64,000 nt of DNA from assembly GCF_009914755.1 (NCBI RefSeq), contig NC_060933.1. One strand, written 5' to 3'. Shown one piece after another: positions 40,735 through 56,770 of this stretch. The notes below the pieces were generated by a model. It saw nothing but the letters and a program-made list of their open reading frames with translations. It ran no database searches and was not told the DNA's origin. How positions within the stretch are numbered: the stretch's first letter is position 1; each line of letters opens with the position of its first letter. The DNA is from the human T2T-CHM13v2.0 reference genome, Homo sapiens. The position numbers and the translations under genes are program-made.

Positions 40735-42046
40735 ATCGCCATCATCATTTTTAACAGAGTAACAAATTTAACATGTGTCTACTGGGTAGTGCAAAAATGT
40801 AGAAAAAAGATTCAGCGTTTTCATATATGAAATTTTGATGTAGCTGTGTAGACATAGCTGTGTAGACAAGATAATTGACAATATAAGTCTCTAATTTTAA
40901 ATGTCAAAAGAATGCCACTTGGTATTTTGAAAGTTCAGAGACAGTCATGCCTGCTATACAAGGTCATGCACAAGAGGACGGGGGAACTCACCAGACAGAG
41001 TGTTCTACCCTTGTGCCTGTCATTAATTCATCCACGATTTTGGTCAAGACGCCTATCCACTCTGACTTCGGTTATTCAATAAAAAATGATAAGCAACTGC
41101 TAGATAGACTTTAAATGTTTTTCTAGACCTAAAGATCCTTGGAACACTTGAATTGCACAACATGTGGTTGGCTGCGTTTGTATTTTCCAAATCACCAAAT
41201 AGTCTAGTTAATTTCACCTTGAGGAATCAAAGGTAGAGAGAAATTTGAGATAGAAGGAAAGAAAAAAAAAAAAAACAGACCTTAGAGATCTCATCTGATT
41301 TATCTCTTCTCTAAGGGTATCCCATCTTGGATTATCCCAAACACTTAGTTTACAGGATATGCAGCACTTTTATTTTAAATAATTCACATGGTGCTTTAAG
41401 CTCTCCTTTTTTATCATAAGAGAGACCTGGTTCCAAGGAACAGTTCTTGAATAACTTCTTAAATATATCATTGCAAGATGAAATTTCCTCATTATCTCTG
41501 CTTCGAGATGGTTCACATTTTTAACTTTTATTTCACATACTCTCCTGGGAGTAGACAGTTTTAAGTTTGAATCCCAGTGCTTCTCATATTGTCTGTGTTA
41601 TCTGGGACAAGTTTATTAACTTCTCTGAACCACAAACACCTCATCAGTAGGAACAGTATAATCACATGTCTACACTAGAGTACTTATGATAACTCAATTG
41701 GTGAGATACATCAGAATACAGAGTCTACTACACTGGGCTTGTTCCCCGATGAACAAGGAAACAAACACAGAAATAAGACAATATAAAGGACCTACGGAAT
41801 AAAGATTTCAAAGGCTTTCAGGTTCATGGAAGTAACAGTCAAGTGCAAATGTAGCTACAACGCCATCTGAGTGGTCAAGCCTGACAGCATTCATATCTGA
41901 AGGTAGCAGCCCTCACACAGATCCAGCCCATTGTTTATCTGCACAAATGATGGCAAAGGTTTATCAGACATAATTTTTTCAATTAAAAAACCTCAGATAT
42001 CTGGATTTTTTTCTTGAAATATCCTTTTCTGAAAAATTAAAGACCT

Positions 42047-42208
42047 GGGTGGGAGGAGGTAGAGGATCAGAAAAAAGTATCTAACGGGTACTAGGCTTAA
42101 TACCTGGATGATGAAATAATCTATACAACAAACCCCCATGTAACACGTTTATCTATGTAACAAACCTGCACATGTACCACTGAACTTAAAAGTTAAAAAA
42201 AAAGAAAA
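42047..42208 (+). mobile_element. L1PA (older, PA13-16-like) extreme 3' end
   Basis: gggtactaggcttaatacctggatgatgaaataatctatacaacaaacccccatg...aacaaacctgcacatgtaccactgaacttaaaag followed by an A tail. Confidence 0.88.
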
Positions 42209-42966
42209 ACCACAAGTCAGAGACCCACAGTTACTTTTAAAAACTTTTTGTGGGTCAAGCAAAATCATGCCTTTGGAGGAAGGTTTAGATATTATATTAC
42301 AGGATGGGAACAGATGGGTAGGAGGCTGTTAAATGTCTGGTTTATTTGCATGCAAAAGGATTCCTTCCCATTGTCCTTCTTTTTTCTCCCTTCACCTGAA
42401 GAGATTCATTTAAGGAGGACATATAACTTCAACCTCACAGTAGCTTTCTGTAAATAATTCACTGTGAATGATGTTGTTAGTATGTGACTCTTGAAAGCCA
42501 AATATATAAATGGCAATAGTCACAACTAGGTACTTATTTTTTCTTTTTAAATTTTTTTTTAACCATATCCTAAACATAGGTTTATGATGTAATGTATGCA
42601 AAATACAATGCTGGGTGATTTGGGGAGACAATGGATGACTAGACCTGGGCCTTGACCTCAGTAGCCAACAGACTCCTTGTGGTAATGAGAAAGAGTGGGA
42701 AAGAGTAGCAAAAACACAATACAGAAAGCAAAATGAGGTCTTTTCATCAGTCAATGAATTGATAAACCACCACTGGAAGCAATGGGCTTTGCTAAATCTT
42801 AAAAAAGGGCCACACGATTTAGGGGTGATATTTTTAGCAAGAGGTGGGAAAATGCTTCTTACTCAACCTCATAGCCTTAGGATATAGCAGAGTGAATGGC
42901 ACATAGTAGGTGCTCACTAAAAATATCTGAATTAAATGAAAATAGGTGAATGCACCAAAGGAGAGG

Positions 42967-43305
<339 letters not shown>

Positions 43306-45035
43306 TAAGCCAATTCTTGAAGTCTGAGAATGTGGTTTTAAAAAGCAGAGCACGGAGATCAAGGAGAAAGAGCATTCTAAAGCAAAAGAACAGAATGAGA
43401 AAAATCACAGAGGCAGGGCAATGTGAATGAAATTCTGGAATTAAGAAGTAATTGGGTGTGGCCTTGCCAACATAAAGAAATGCAATACTCAGAAAATGAC
43501 TGGAATACTAAGCTAGAGGATTGGTATTCTCTACCTGTAAGACGATGAAGAACTGGTATTCTCTACCAATGAAGACGATGGAGAAGAGGCAAAGCATGGT
43601 CTCATTTTTATTTTAGGAGATCAGTTAACTCTGGCTGTTCCGTGAAAGGAGGAGGCCTGATTAGGAAACTATTGCAATTATGGGACTGAAAGAAGCTGAT
43701 GGCATGAGTTAGAGGTAGAAAATGAGAAGAAGGTAGGAAAGGTAAATTAGAAGCAATAGGGTTGATGACTCACTTGATATGCAGAAAGTGAGAAAACACA
43801 TGTCTAAGATTCTTCTATTAATCTGAGAAATATCCCAAAGGATATAACCTCACACAGAACCCCAGCTACCACAGATAGCATTTTAAGCATACTGCCTGTC
43901 CCACCAGTTACTCATTCTAAGTTCTCCTCAACTCAGAAACCTAGAAGAACCCATGCATTGGTTAATAACTCATTGACCTAAGTCAGAAGGCTATGGTGTT
44001 TTGATTCTGAACTGATCACATGGATTGATACAATCCTGTCATCTTAAACCTCTTGAACATGATAATTTCTCGGAAGATGCACGACAGTCCCTAGTCCGAG
44101 ACATTATTATCTCTTGACTGGGCCAGTCTGAAAACTTACTGATTGGTCCAAGCTTACACTCTTGCTCCCCCTACTGGCTGATTCACCTGCAGTGATCCTT
44201 CAATAATTAAATCAGGAACTGGTCAAGTCTGCAGGATGAAATGCTCAAGCAAAACTTTCCATGGTAAGTAATGATAAATAATGAATACATTCAAAAGAAC
44301 AACAACAATAATTTAAAGACCATGGAAAGAACCTAAAGCAGACAGAAGCCATAGGAGAGTTTATTCTTGAAAAACTGCAACTGAAAAAGGTTAAGAATTG
44401 CATGTCTATGGCTGCCTGACCTAAGGGTGCTCCCCAACCCTAAGGCAATAAACAGTGGTGAATTATGCAACCTTTCACAGGCTCAGAGCAGTGGAGAACA
44501 GGGGTCAGGAACAGACAGACATAGAGTCTGAAACATGGTAAACATTCAATAAATATTACTGGTTACTATAAAATTATTATTATTATTCTTGAGTGAACAA
44601 GAAAAATCATGAAGAATAGTGTAGTGGCTAATCTTCTGGTTTAGTCCCCTGACCAATGATTGTGCCATTACTGGGGCCAGAGAACTCAGAAAGAGAAACA
44701 AACTGGTAGGGAAGGAGAATGAGGATTCTGAGCTTTCATTAAAAAGTCTAATGGAAATGCATTTGGCAGTTAGGTGCAAAAATTCTGGAGTTTGAAGGAG
44801 AGATGAAAACTGAATATGGATATTTGGGAGTTGTTGGAATGTAGGTGATAATGGAAGAGGAGGGAGCAAGTGTGATTACCCAGGGAAAATGGAGGGAAGG
44901 GCAGCAGCATTTGATTGATATCTGGAAGAGAATCCCATATGGAAGACTTCAATAAAACATCTAGAAACAGTCACAGTGCATTATTAATCAGACTATAGGG
45001 CCTCCATTCATAGAACAGATGCCATATAAAAATTA

Positions 45036-45360
<325 letters not shown>

Positions 45361-48300
45361 CTAGGCAGACAAATTTCAGAAACAGTGCTCCTTTCAGATA
45401 GAATTATGCATCCCCATGCCAGGATAGAGCCTCCATTGTTCTTCTCCATCAAGATTCCCTTGTGCAGTAGACAAACTGTGCAACTATATTTGGCTACCCA
45501 GAAAACTAACTTTACGTGGTGAAGGGTATCTGACAAGGTCACTGAAGCCAATTTCACACTTGTGCTTACATTCTTTCTTGGGTCAGACTATGCTAATTAG
45601 AATCCCTTTGGTGACAGGACAGTGACTGCCCACTCAGTTCTATCCAGGTGTTCTCTCTGTCTTCTGACAAATCTGACTATTAAATACCTTTTCTTACTTT
45701 GAAGACTGTCTTCCAGTAACCACCACCAATTTTCTCTCTGGAGCCAGCTAATTAGAAACTTTCTGTTTCCCAGTACAGGTTCTGTACATATGTTTACAAG
45801 CTTCCTGTACATAATAGATACTGGTCCAGTGTCAGTGGCTACTTTTTCTAGTTCTCTTTGAGAAATAAGCTCCCAAGTTACTGCTGAAAATCCAGCATCC
45901 AGTTGCAGATGGATGAGGAAGCAGATGAGACGTCTGAGGATGTCTTTCACACAGCCTTGTCTCCCAGAAGTAGGTGGGTGGTACTCAGCAAAAGAATAGG
46001 ATTCAAAAAAAGCAGAGAATTATAGAGTAGGCTGAAATAGAACAGCATAATAGGTACAGCCATGACCTTCTCTCTAACATCCTCCATTAGCAATAGACAA
46101 AAGAATCTCTACCCTGAAGCATGGTGAGTTGGTTGTTTTTAATAATACAACATCAGTCTTCTAATTTTAAGAAAACAATCTTAGAAAAAAAATACTTTAT
46201 TCCCGGAGTCAGAAAATGACACTCAATGAGAGTTAATTTTCTGAAATCTTTGAGAAGGCAAAGAATTCACAGAACCACAGCATGTAAGAGCTAGAAAGAA
46301 GCTCAGAAAATGTTCAGCCCTAATATCTATTTTAGAGATGGGAAAGCAAAGGCCCACAAAGGTCACTGGACTTGACCAAGTCCACTTAACAAATGAGATA
46401 TAAAGCTAGAACTAGAGCTGAGGTGTCATAAGATCCATTCCATGTTTTTCTACCCAGTGTTCTCATACTAACCTCTGCTCAAGTTGACTGCTTAAACGGA
46501 GAAGAAAAATATAATGGACGTAGGATAGACACAAAACAGAAATAATGACATAAGCTATATGTACTTTTATTATAGCTTTAGAGCATTATCTTATCGCCAT
46601 TCACTTGTCTGTCACTAACACCATACAATTAGCACCTTCAGCTAGGACATTATGTTACTATTCATATTTATATTAAATAGTAGAGTGGTTGGTACAAAAT
46701 ACAGGTTGAATATCTACATAATAAAGGAATATGTAAACGAATGAATGAAAACAAATAGGGACTAAGATAGTGTCCTTCATCTATCGCTTAATTAGGTTCA
46801 GCCTTTCATAGACTCTGCCAATGCAGAGACTATGAAAGTCCAACTTCTAGTATGAAAAGTATGTGAATTGGTGTCTTTCATACAATAAGTGAAGTCCCAG
46901 GCAAACAGTACTTATCATATGAACTGATACCAGAGGTGATGGACAAAAGTCTTACCCTCAAAGGTCTGCAAGATGTACACTCAATGATGAGGGTTTTTTG
47001 TTGCTGTTATTGTTGCTGCTTGTATGTTTGTATTTTACAGCGGTGACTAGATGAAAGATCAGATGTTTAGGTAAGGTCAAGAACCACAGGAATGGGAGTT
47101 TAGAACCAAGGTTACTAGCAAGAGTTTTCCCTGAGAAGATTACAGTGTATTTATTGATTTAGTCGTAGTTTCCACAAAGACCTGTTGAATGGCTACTATA
47201 TATCGGGCACTTTTTCTGTCTGAGTACATAACAGTGATCAAAATGAACAAAAATCCATGCCTCAATAGAATGTACATTCTGGACTGAAGTTTCCTAAAAG
47301 GTGATATGGCTTCTTATGAAAGCCCACATTGTGTGGTATAAATGATCAGTAAATTGAGAAAATAAATTCTTCCCAAGAATATGACATGTTATAAGAATTC
47401 TCGGCGGGAAAAGGTGCTAAAATATATGTACTAAGATTATGTTCTGCTCCAAGAATTAGTAAATGGAAAAATCTAGGTTTCTTTTTCCTTTTTTTTTTCT
47501 GCAAGCTAAATATTTCTCATTCTCTCTTCTTGTAAATGTCACCTCTAGAATCTTTATGTATGGATAAGGATTATCCTTACGCATGAATAAGGTGAGATAT
47601 ATTTGCATATTAGCAAGACTCTTCTCCATTCTCCTTTGAAAAGTGTTGCAAAAGCACCAGCGATGTACCTAAACTGAGAACCAGTGATAATAAGGGACCC
47701 ATGAAACAGAAAGGTAGTTGTAGAAAGTTAAAATGAGTAATGAAAGTCACATCAGAAGACTTAGATAGATGCCAATGCTTCATCACTTACCAGGTATATC
47801 ACACTGGATAAATAATTTATTCACTCAAAGCCTTTGCTACGTCATCTGTAAAATGAGATATTATTACTACCTCATATGAGACATTGTTTTGTGAATTTTA
47901 AAGCATTGCATATAGATAGTATATTTGAATAGGAGGTAGAAGAGTGAGAAGAGAAAAGAAAAAAAAGAAAACGAAGAAGATGGAAAAATAAGAGCTATGG
48001 AGTATTGTAAATGGAAACTAAAAGCTTTTCCTCTAAGATTCAGTACAAGGCTAGGATGCCCACTCACCACTTCTATTCAGCATAGTATTGGAAGTCTTAG
48101 CTGAGTAATTAGACAAGAAAAATTAAATACATAAAAGTAATAAAAGTAATTCAAATAAAAAAAGAAGTAAAATTATCTCTGTTTGCAGATGATATGATGA
48201 TCATATAGAAAATCCTAAAGACTCAGTAACAACAAAAATGGTACAACTTATAAATAAATTTAATGAAGTTGAAGATACAAAATAAACATACAGAAATCTG

Positions 48301-48449
48301 TGAACTATCCAAAAATAATGCTAACAATGAAATATCTTAAAAATTATAAAAACAACCCCATTTACAATAGTAAGAAAAAGTATAAAACACTTAGGGATAC
48401 AGTTAAGAAGTAAAAGACATATATTCTGAAAATTATAAAACGTTGATGA

Positions 48450-48750
48450 GGCTGGGCACGGTGGCTCATGCCTGTAATCCCAGCACTTTGGGAGGCCGAG
48501 GCGGATGAATCATCTGAGGTCAGGGGTTTGAGACCAGCCTGGCCAATATAGTGAAACCCTCTACTAAAGGTACAAAAATTAGCTGGGCGTGTTGGCATAT
48601 GCCTATAATCCCAGCTACCCAGGAGGCTGAGGCAGGAGAATCGCTTGAAGCTGGAGTTGGGGGTTGCAGTGAGCCGAGATCATACCACTGCACTCCAGCC
48701 TTGGCAACAGAGATGAAACTTCATTTCCAAAACAACAACAACGACAAAAC
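48450..48750 (+). mobile_element. AluS inside L1
   Basis: Dimeric Alu; TSD-like cgttgatga/cattgatga. Confidence 0.9.
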
Positions 48751-48784
48751 ACATTGATGAAGGAAATTTAAAAAGACACAGAAA

Positions 48785-49079
<295 letters not shown>

Positions 49080-49318
49080 GACACACATAAATGGAAAGGT
49101 AGCACGTGTTCATGAATTGGATTAATAATGTTAAAATGTCCATAATACCCAGCTGATCTACATATCCAATGCAATCTCTATCAAAATTTTGCATTCTTTA
49201 TAGAAATAGAAAAAAAAAACTTAAAATATGTGTGGAACTACAAAAGACCCCAAATAGCCAAAGAAATCTTATACAGGAACAAAGATGAATGCATCCCACT
49301 TCTCGATTTTAAAATATA

Positions 49319-49846
49319 CTGGCATGTATCACTTAATGATAGGAATGCATTATTTTTTATTATTTTTAATTTTTTTTTAATTATTTATTTTTTGAGACTG
49401 GGTTATGAGACTGGCTAATTTTTGCATTTTTGGTAGAGGCGGGGTTTCATTTATGTTGCCTAGGCTGGTCTCAAACTGCTGGCCTCAAGCAATCCATCCA
49501 CCTCAGACTCTGAAAGTGGACAGGAATACATTCTGAGAAATACATCAGTAGATGATTTTGTCATTGTACAAACATCACAGAGTATACTTGCACCAACCTA
49601 GATGATATATCCTACTACACACCTAGGCTCTATAGCATAGCCTATTGCTCTTAGGCTACAAATCTGTACAAGATGTTACTTTACTGACTACTGTAAGCAA
49701 TTGTAATACAATGGTAAATATTCATGTATCAAATATATCTGAACATAGAAAAGGCACAGTAAAAATATGGTATTATAATCATATAGGACCACTGTCATAT
49801 ACACAGTGTGTTGTTGACTGAAACATCATCATGCAGTGTGTCACTG
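49319..49846 (-). mobile_element. Tigger3a-like TcMar DNA transposon inside L1
   Basis: cctactacacacctaggct...gcctattgctcttaggctacaaa...aacatagaaaaggcacagtaaaaatatggtattataatc...ttgactgaaacatc, antisense to the Tigger3a consensus as I recall it. Confidence 0.8.
49352..49521 (-). mobile_element. Short internally deleted AluJ-like element inside Tigger3a
   Basis: Left arm plus linker joined to a short junction and an A-rich tail; TSD aggaatgcatt/aggaatacatt. Confidence 0.85.
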
Positions 49847-51579
49847 CATTACAAAGCTACAGTATTCAAAACAGTATGTATGGTACTGGCATAAAAATGA
49901 ACATACAGACAAAATTGAACAGAATAGAGAGACCAGAAATAAACCTGGGCATGTATTGTCAATTCGTCTTCAACAAGGGTTCCAACCACACACAATGAGG
50001 AAAAGGTTCTCTCTTCAATAAATGTTGTTAGAAAAACAAGACACCCACATGCAAAAGGAGGAAATTGCACCTTTATCTCACACCATATACAATAATCAAC
50101 TCAAAATGAATTAAGAACTTAAAGGTAAAACCAGGAACCATAAAAACACTAGAAGAAAACAGAGATAAACCTTCTTAACATTGGTCTGGGCAATGATTCC
50201 TTTGGATATGACCCTAAAAGCACAGGAAACCAAAGCAAAAATAGACAAGTGGGATTCCATCTAACTAAGCAGTATCTGTATATCAAAAGAAACAATCAAC
50301 AGAGAGAAAAAGCAACCTATGGAATGGGAGAAAATATCTGCAAACCATATATCTAATGAGTGGTTAATTTTCAAAATATATAAAGCATTCAAATAAATGA
50401 ACAGCAAAAGAAAGAAATAACTCGATGTAAAAATGGGCTAAGGACCTGAATAGGCATTTTTCTCAAGAAGACATACAAATGGCCAACAGGTACACAAAAA
50501 CATACTCAATATCACTAATCATCAGGAAAATGTAAATCAAAACCACAATGAGCTATTACCTTGCACCTGTTAGAATAGGTATTATAAAATTTTGAAAAAT
50601 AACGTGTTAGCAAGAATGTGGATGGGAATGCAAATTTATACAGCCATTTTGGAAAACAAACAGTATGGAAGTTCTTCAAAAAATTACAACTAGAACTAAT
50701 ATATGATCCAGCAATCCCACTTATAGGTATTTATCCAAAGGAAATGAGATTAGTATGTTGAAGAGCTATCTGCATTCTCATGTCCATTGCAGAGTTTCTC
50801 ACAATAACCAAAATATGGAATCCACATAAATGTCCATCAACAGATGAATGGACACACACACTCACCCACACACAAAGTGAAACATTATTCAGCCTTTAAA
50901 AAGAAAGAAATCCTGCCATTTGTAACATGTATGGGCCTGGAGGACATTATGCTAAATGAAATATGCCAGGCACAGAAAGACAAATACTGCATGATTTCAC
51001 TTGTATGTGGAATCTAAAAGGATCAAACTTACAGAAGCAGAGAGTAGAATGATGGTTGCCAGAAATAGGGGGAAGGGAGAAATGGGGAGAGTTTGGTCAA
51101 AGGGTACGAAGTTTCTGTTATGCCAAATAAGTAAGTTCTGGAGAGCTAATATACAGCATGGTGACTATAGTTAAAAATGCTATATTATATTCTTGAAATT
51201 TGCTAAGAGAATAATCTTAAGTGTTCTCATCACAAAAAAAGAGACAGAAAATAGTTACTGTGTGGGTGATGGACACCTTAATTAGCTTGATTGTGGGGGT
51301 AATTTCACAATGTATACATATGTCAAAACGTCTAGTTGCATACCTTAAGTGTATACAATTCCTATTCATCAATTATACTTCAATAAAACTTAAAAAGAAA
51401 AGAAATGGATAGTATTTTAGCAATTATTTTGTCCAAAACATGAATATTATAGAGGGAATTGAGGCTCAGGGTTATAATATGCTCAGGTCACAAGGTGGAT
51501 GATACAGTGTTGAGGACAGAGGAGGACACGGGCTCCTTGGTTCCCAAGGCTGCGCTCCCTTCACCTTCTCAGCGCCCTG

Positions 51580-51790
51580 TATAGCCAGTGGTAACGAGCA
51601 CAGACTGTGGAACCAGATTGCCTGGGTTCAAATCAGAGTCGTGTGACTTCCCAGCTGTGTGACCCTGGCCATATTACTTTTCTGAGCCTCAATTTCCTCA
51701 TCTGTAAAATGGGTTAAAGGCTACAGCTGTCACAAGGGTTGCACTCAAGTATAAATGACTTAATAGAGCTATATAAGCTTTAGCTAATAA
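51580..51790 (+). mobile_element. MIR SINE
   Basis: gtggtaacgagcacagactgtggaaccagattgcctgggttcaaatc...agctgtgtgaccctgg...gcctcaatttcctcatctgtaaaatggg. Confidence 0.85.
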
Positions 51791-52023
51791 TACCATATTC
51801 TGTATCATATCACACAAGTTTATTCGTTCCATTCTTTTTGTTTTATTTTTCAACTTCCTTCTTGGTTCTGAAATGAACCCTAACAGGATTCTATTTTGGA
51901 CTTTCTCCCATTATCCTGCTCATTTAGGTTCAACTGGCAGCATCAGGGCTGGGCAAATTATACGGTAAGACAATTCTGCCTCCTGAAACCCCTGGTCTTT
52001 AGTATTATTTTCCTTTCCCTTTC

Positions 52024-52024
52024 T

Positions 52025-52057
<33 letters not shown>
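52024..52057 (+). repeat. (TAA)n microsatellite
   Basis: Nine perfect TAA units at 52031-52057 plus an imperfect lead-in. Confidence 0.95.
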
Positions 52058-52062
<5 letters not shown>

Positions 52063-53127
52063 GCAGGTTGAGCTGAAACAGAGAAAGAACTTTGTTCTGT
52101 CTGCAGGAACTGCAATGCAACCTCCATTTTTCTCTTGCTGACAAGCATCCGGGCCTGGGTGCCCCAGTGCCTTTTCGTAAATCAAAAGAATATTGAACTC
52201 ATTATATTGAAGCACAAGTTATCCTTTCATCAGTCAATTTGTCTGGGTCAACTATTCTCGCACATTTATTCTGGACATCTAAAAGATAGGACATCTAACA
52301 GTCCGTCTCCAATATTACAACTGCTGCTCATTTTGTTATCCTAAAGTGATAGTCTGAAATCAGACCATTTGAATGCAATTATTAGGTACCAAAGCACTAT
52401 CTTCCATCAGAGCAGGGAAAGGAATCCAAAGTCCGTCCCTCATGCCTGTAAACAGGAACAATAGGGCCCATATTTACATGACAGTGCATGGTTTACCAAG
52501 CACATTTACTTTCAGTTCCTCTTTTGAGTATTACATTCTACAGCTCTGTTGGGGGCTGGGGGGCAGGTAAAGATAAATTCCTCTTTAAGGAGAAGGAATT
52601 TGAGGCTCAGATCACTACTCAAAGATCTAATATAGAATGAAACAAGACTTGAATGCTTAAATTCTTTTACAGATTGAGATTTCCCCCACCCCTCCCCTTC
52701 TTCCTTGTGTTCAATAACCAACTTTCAGAGTATTCTCTCAAGTTATTTGAACATGTCAGCACATGACTCAAACTGTGCCTTAACTCCAAGTCCTATCTTT
52801 ATTCCATGTACCTAGCATCAAATACCCGCAGCCTCTCAGCCCCTTGACCTATTCCATCTCAATGACCTTCACCCCATCCTCTTCCAGGCCCCTGCTTCCT
52901 GCCATGATTACTCCAGAACTTGCCATCTCCCAACACCCTTCTAGCTTTGACATAGTGTATTAAAACATTCCAGTCTCTAACTAGTCTATCACAACACCAG
53001 CTTTTTCACCTTTTCAAGACCTCTAGGCCCACAACCCTCTCCTTTCCCTTTACATACTATTACCTGCTTTCTTTTGTATCCAACTTAGATTCAGTGATCC
53101 ACCTATGCATTTACTTTGAGCCAATAC

Positions 53128-54085
<958 letters not shown>

Positions 54086-54466
54086 CAACTGCATTACAGC
54101 CATTATAAATTGGTGATCACCAACCTTATCCAAGAGTTGTTTCTTAATGATCCTTCTGTATTTCCTTAATCACATTCTTCTAAAATTCTTTAGATTTCCA
54201 AGTTTCCCCAGACACTATCAAAACTTTTGACACTCCACAGTACCGCCTTCCTCAGTGATTCGTTTCACACCCCACTTCACAAAGAGAACAGAAGCCTTCA
54301 AATCTTCACAAGTGAAATCAATAGATTTATCTGCACCCACACCTCTCCTTCCCTTCTTTCCTCCTATTTCAACAAAAGGTATCTCTCCTTTTACCCCTAC
54401 TTGTGTTCTTACTCTTTCCCTTCCTGCTACTTCAGGAATGGCTTCATCAAAAATAACCCTGTTCTG

Positions 54467-54762
54467 ATGGCTAATGGGTACAAAAAATAGAAAAAATTTT
54501 AAAAAGACTTAGTATTTGCTAACACAAAGTGACTATAGTAAAAAATAATTTAATTGTACATGTAAAAATAACAAAAATAGTATAACTAAACTCTTTGAAA
54601 CACAAACGATAAATGCTGGAGGTGATGGATACCCCATTTACCCTGATGTGATTACTATGCATTGCATACCTGTATCAAAATATCTCATGTAACCCATAAG
54701 TATATACACGACTATGTACACACAAGAATTAAGAACAAAAAATTAAAAAATAAAAAATAATA
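54467..54762 (+). mobile_element. L1MA-type 3' end
   Basis: taatgggtacaaaaaatag...gataaatgctggaggtgatggataccccatttaccctgatgtgatta...actatgtacacacaa followed by an A tail. Confidence 0.85.
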
Positions 54763-55639
54763 ACCCCACTGTGTCCCACAGTGTCAGTCTCTTCCCTCTC
54801 TTAATAGTCCCCTCCTTCTTAAAGCCAATGAACATAAATAAAACTTCATTTCACATCTCTGCTTCTTTTCATAGCCATGCTTCTTTTTTAAAAAAGAAAA
54901 AATAATAAAATCTCTACTCCCTTTTTCTCACTTCTCAACTCACTACACTCTGGCTTATATCCCTAACCCTTTGCTTAAACAGCTCTTGCCAAGGTCAAGA
55001 CTTTATAAAAGACTATTTTCAGTTCTTGCCTTATGTGCTATATCAGAAACTACAGCTATTGATTACCTACACCTTCTTTCTTAAAAGATTCATTTATTTT
55101 TGCTTCCATGGTACCAGCCATCCCTGATTTTCCCGCTGTACCACCAGCCATTCCTCAATTTCTCAATGCTTTACTCGGCACCTACTAAACAGGTTCCTTT
55201 GTGAGTGAGCATAGCTCCAAGTGTTATCATTGGTAACCTGATAACTCCAAATACTGTAACTTTTTATCCCAGCTCTCTCTGCTAAGGGTCAGAACCATTT
55301 ATACAACCACCTACTAAGTCTCTATTTGAATGTTCCAGGTAGTTTAAATTCAACATTTTCAAAGCTGGCTTATCATCTTCAAACATGGATAACCTCAAAA
55401 AGTCTCCTTGTCTTCCAGGGCTCCCCATATTAATGAAAAGCACCATCACCCACCCAGCTGACCAAGTTAAAAATGTTCCCCTTCTCTTTTCCTTACTTAA
55501 CCTAGACCCAGTGGATTTATTACTTAAGGTATGGTTTTGCCAGTCTCCTTGCCTCTTGACTATTTCTTCCTTGTCAACTTTCATATTCAAACACTCACCA
55601 AATACTGAGTCTTCTGTCTTTCCTTAAAGTATCTCAGGT

Positions 55640-56040
55640 TATGACCATTTACATAATATTTTGAAAGAATAAAATCACAGAGATGAAGAACAAACAAATT
55701 AGTGGTTGTCAAAGGTTAGGGGTTATGGATGGTAGAGGATGAGAGAGAGGTTTGACTGTAAAGGGCTAGCATAAGAAACATCTTTGTGGTGAGGGAGCTG
55801 TTCTGTCTCTTGATCGCAGTGGTGGTTACATGAATCCACACATATGGTAAAATGGCATAGAACTATACACACTCTGTGTATATTATACCCATGTCTGTCT
55901 CTTGGTTTTGATATTGTACTACAGTCACATAAGATGTAACCATTGATGAGAACTAGGTAAAGGGTACATAAGACCTTTCTGTACTATCGTAGCAACTTCT
56001 TGGGAGTCCATAATTATTTCAAAATTATAACTTAAATAAA
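55640..56040 (+). mobile_element. L1MD/ME-type 3'UTR fragment
   Basis: gagatgaagaacaaa...ttagtggttgtca...ggtggttacatgaatccacacat...aagatgtaaccattga...gggtacataagacctttctgtactat. Confidence 0.75.
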
Positions 56041-56259
56041 TATGTATCTCAAACATCAACTGATGCTACTTTATTCCAAGACAGTTTCCTCTCTCACCTG
56101 GATGACATACTTTGCACCGTCTCCCATCTTTCACCCATTAATCTATTCTTTCAATTATAACAGAAGTGATCTTTGTAAGATGACAACCTGATCATGCTCT
56201 ACCTCTGGGCAAAACTCCTAGAAATCCCTATTGTCATTAGGATGTAGTTCACAAATTGT

Positions 56260-56770
56260 GGCTGAGAAGCCATGCACTGCCACAGCAAACTCACAGGTGC
56301 ACAGCAGGATATTTTAAGTGTTCAAGGCAAACGAAGGATGCTTGCTATTTATTGGGCATCACAAGAACATCTAACTTGAGGTCGTTCACAGTTTCAACAT
56401 TAGAACACAATACATTCCTTTCAATGTTAGTATGTGTGTGAAGCTGGGTTTCTGGCACTTGGTACAATTTCAAAGTACTGCAAAAAATTAATAAGGAAGA
56501 GAAAATGAGGATGATTTTATCTAACTGTAAAGTTAGAGAAGTAGTAAATGTGATTAAGAATAAAATGAAAATATTGCCTTTTGTTTAGATTTTCATGTAT
56601 TGTTTTTTTCAAATAGCCACTAAATTTGTCACAACAGAAATACTTCATTATTAAATTGTTTGGATCTAACTACTTATTAAATAGTGTTATTGGTATTTTT
56701 GGGGGGGCCTATGGGAATCATAAAAAAAAATCATTGAAACCTTAAGAACATCTTGAAATGAGAAAGTGTA
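56260..56770. mobile_element. Probable hAT-Charlie transposon relic
   Basis: tatgtgtgtgaagctgggtttctg resembles the CEAGFS hAT dimerisation motif; weak. Confidence 0.35.

Noticed and set aside
44215-44520. Unusual unique-looking segment, possibly an exon or RNA gene
   Set aside because: More likely an old L1 5'-region fragment inside L2 remnants; no ORF, splice pair or RNA-gene signature that I can support.
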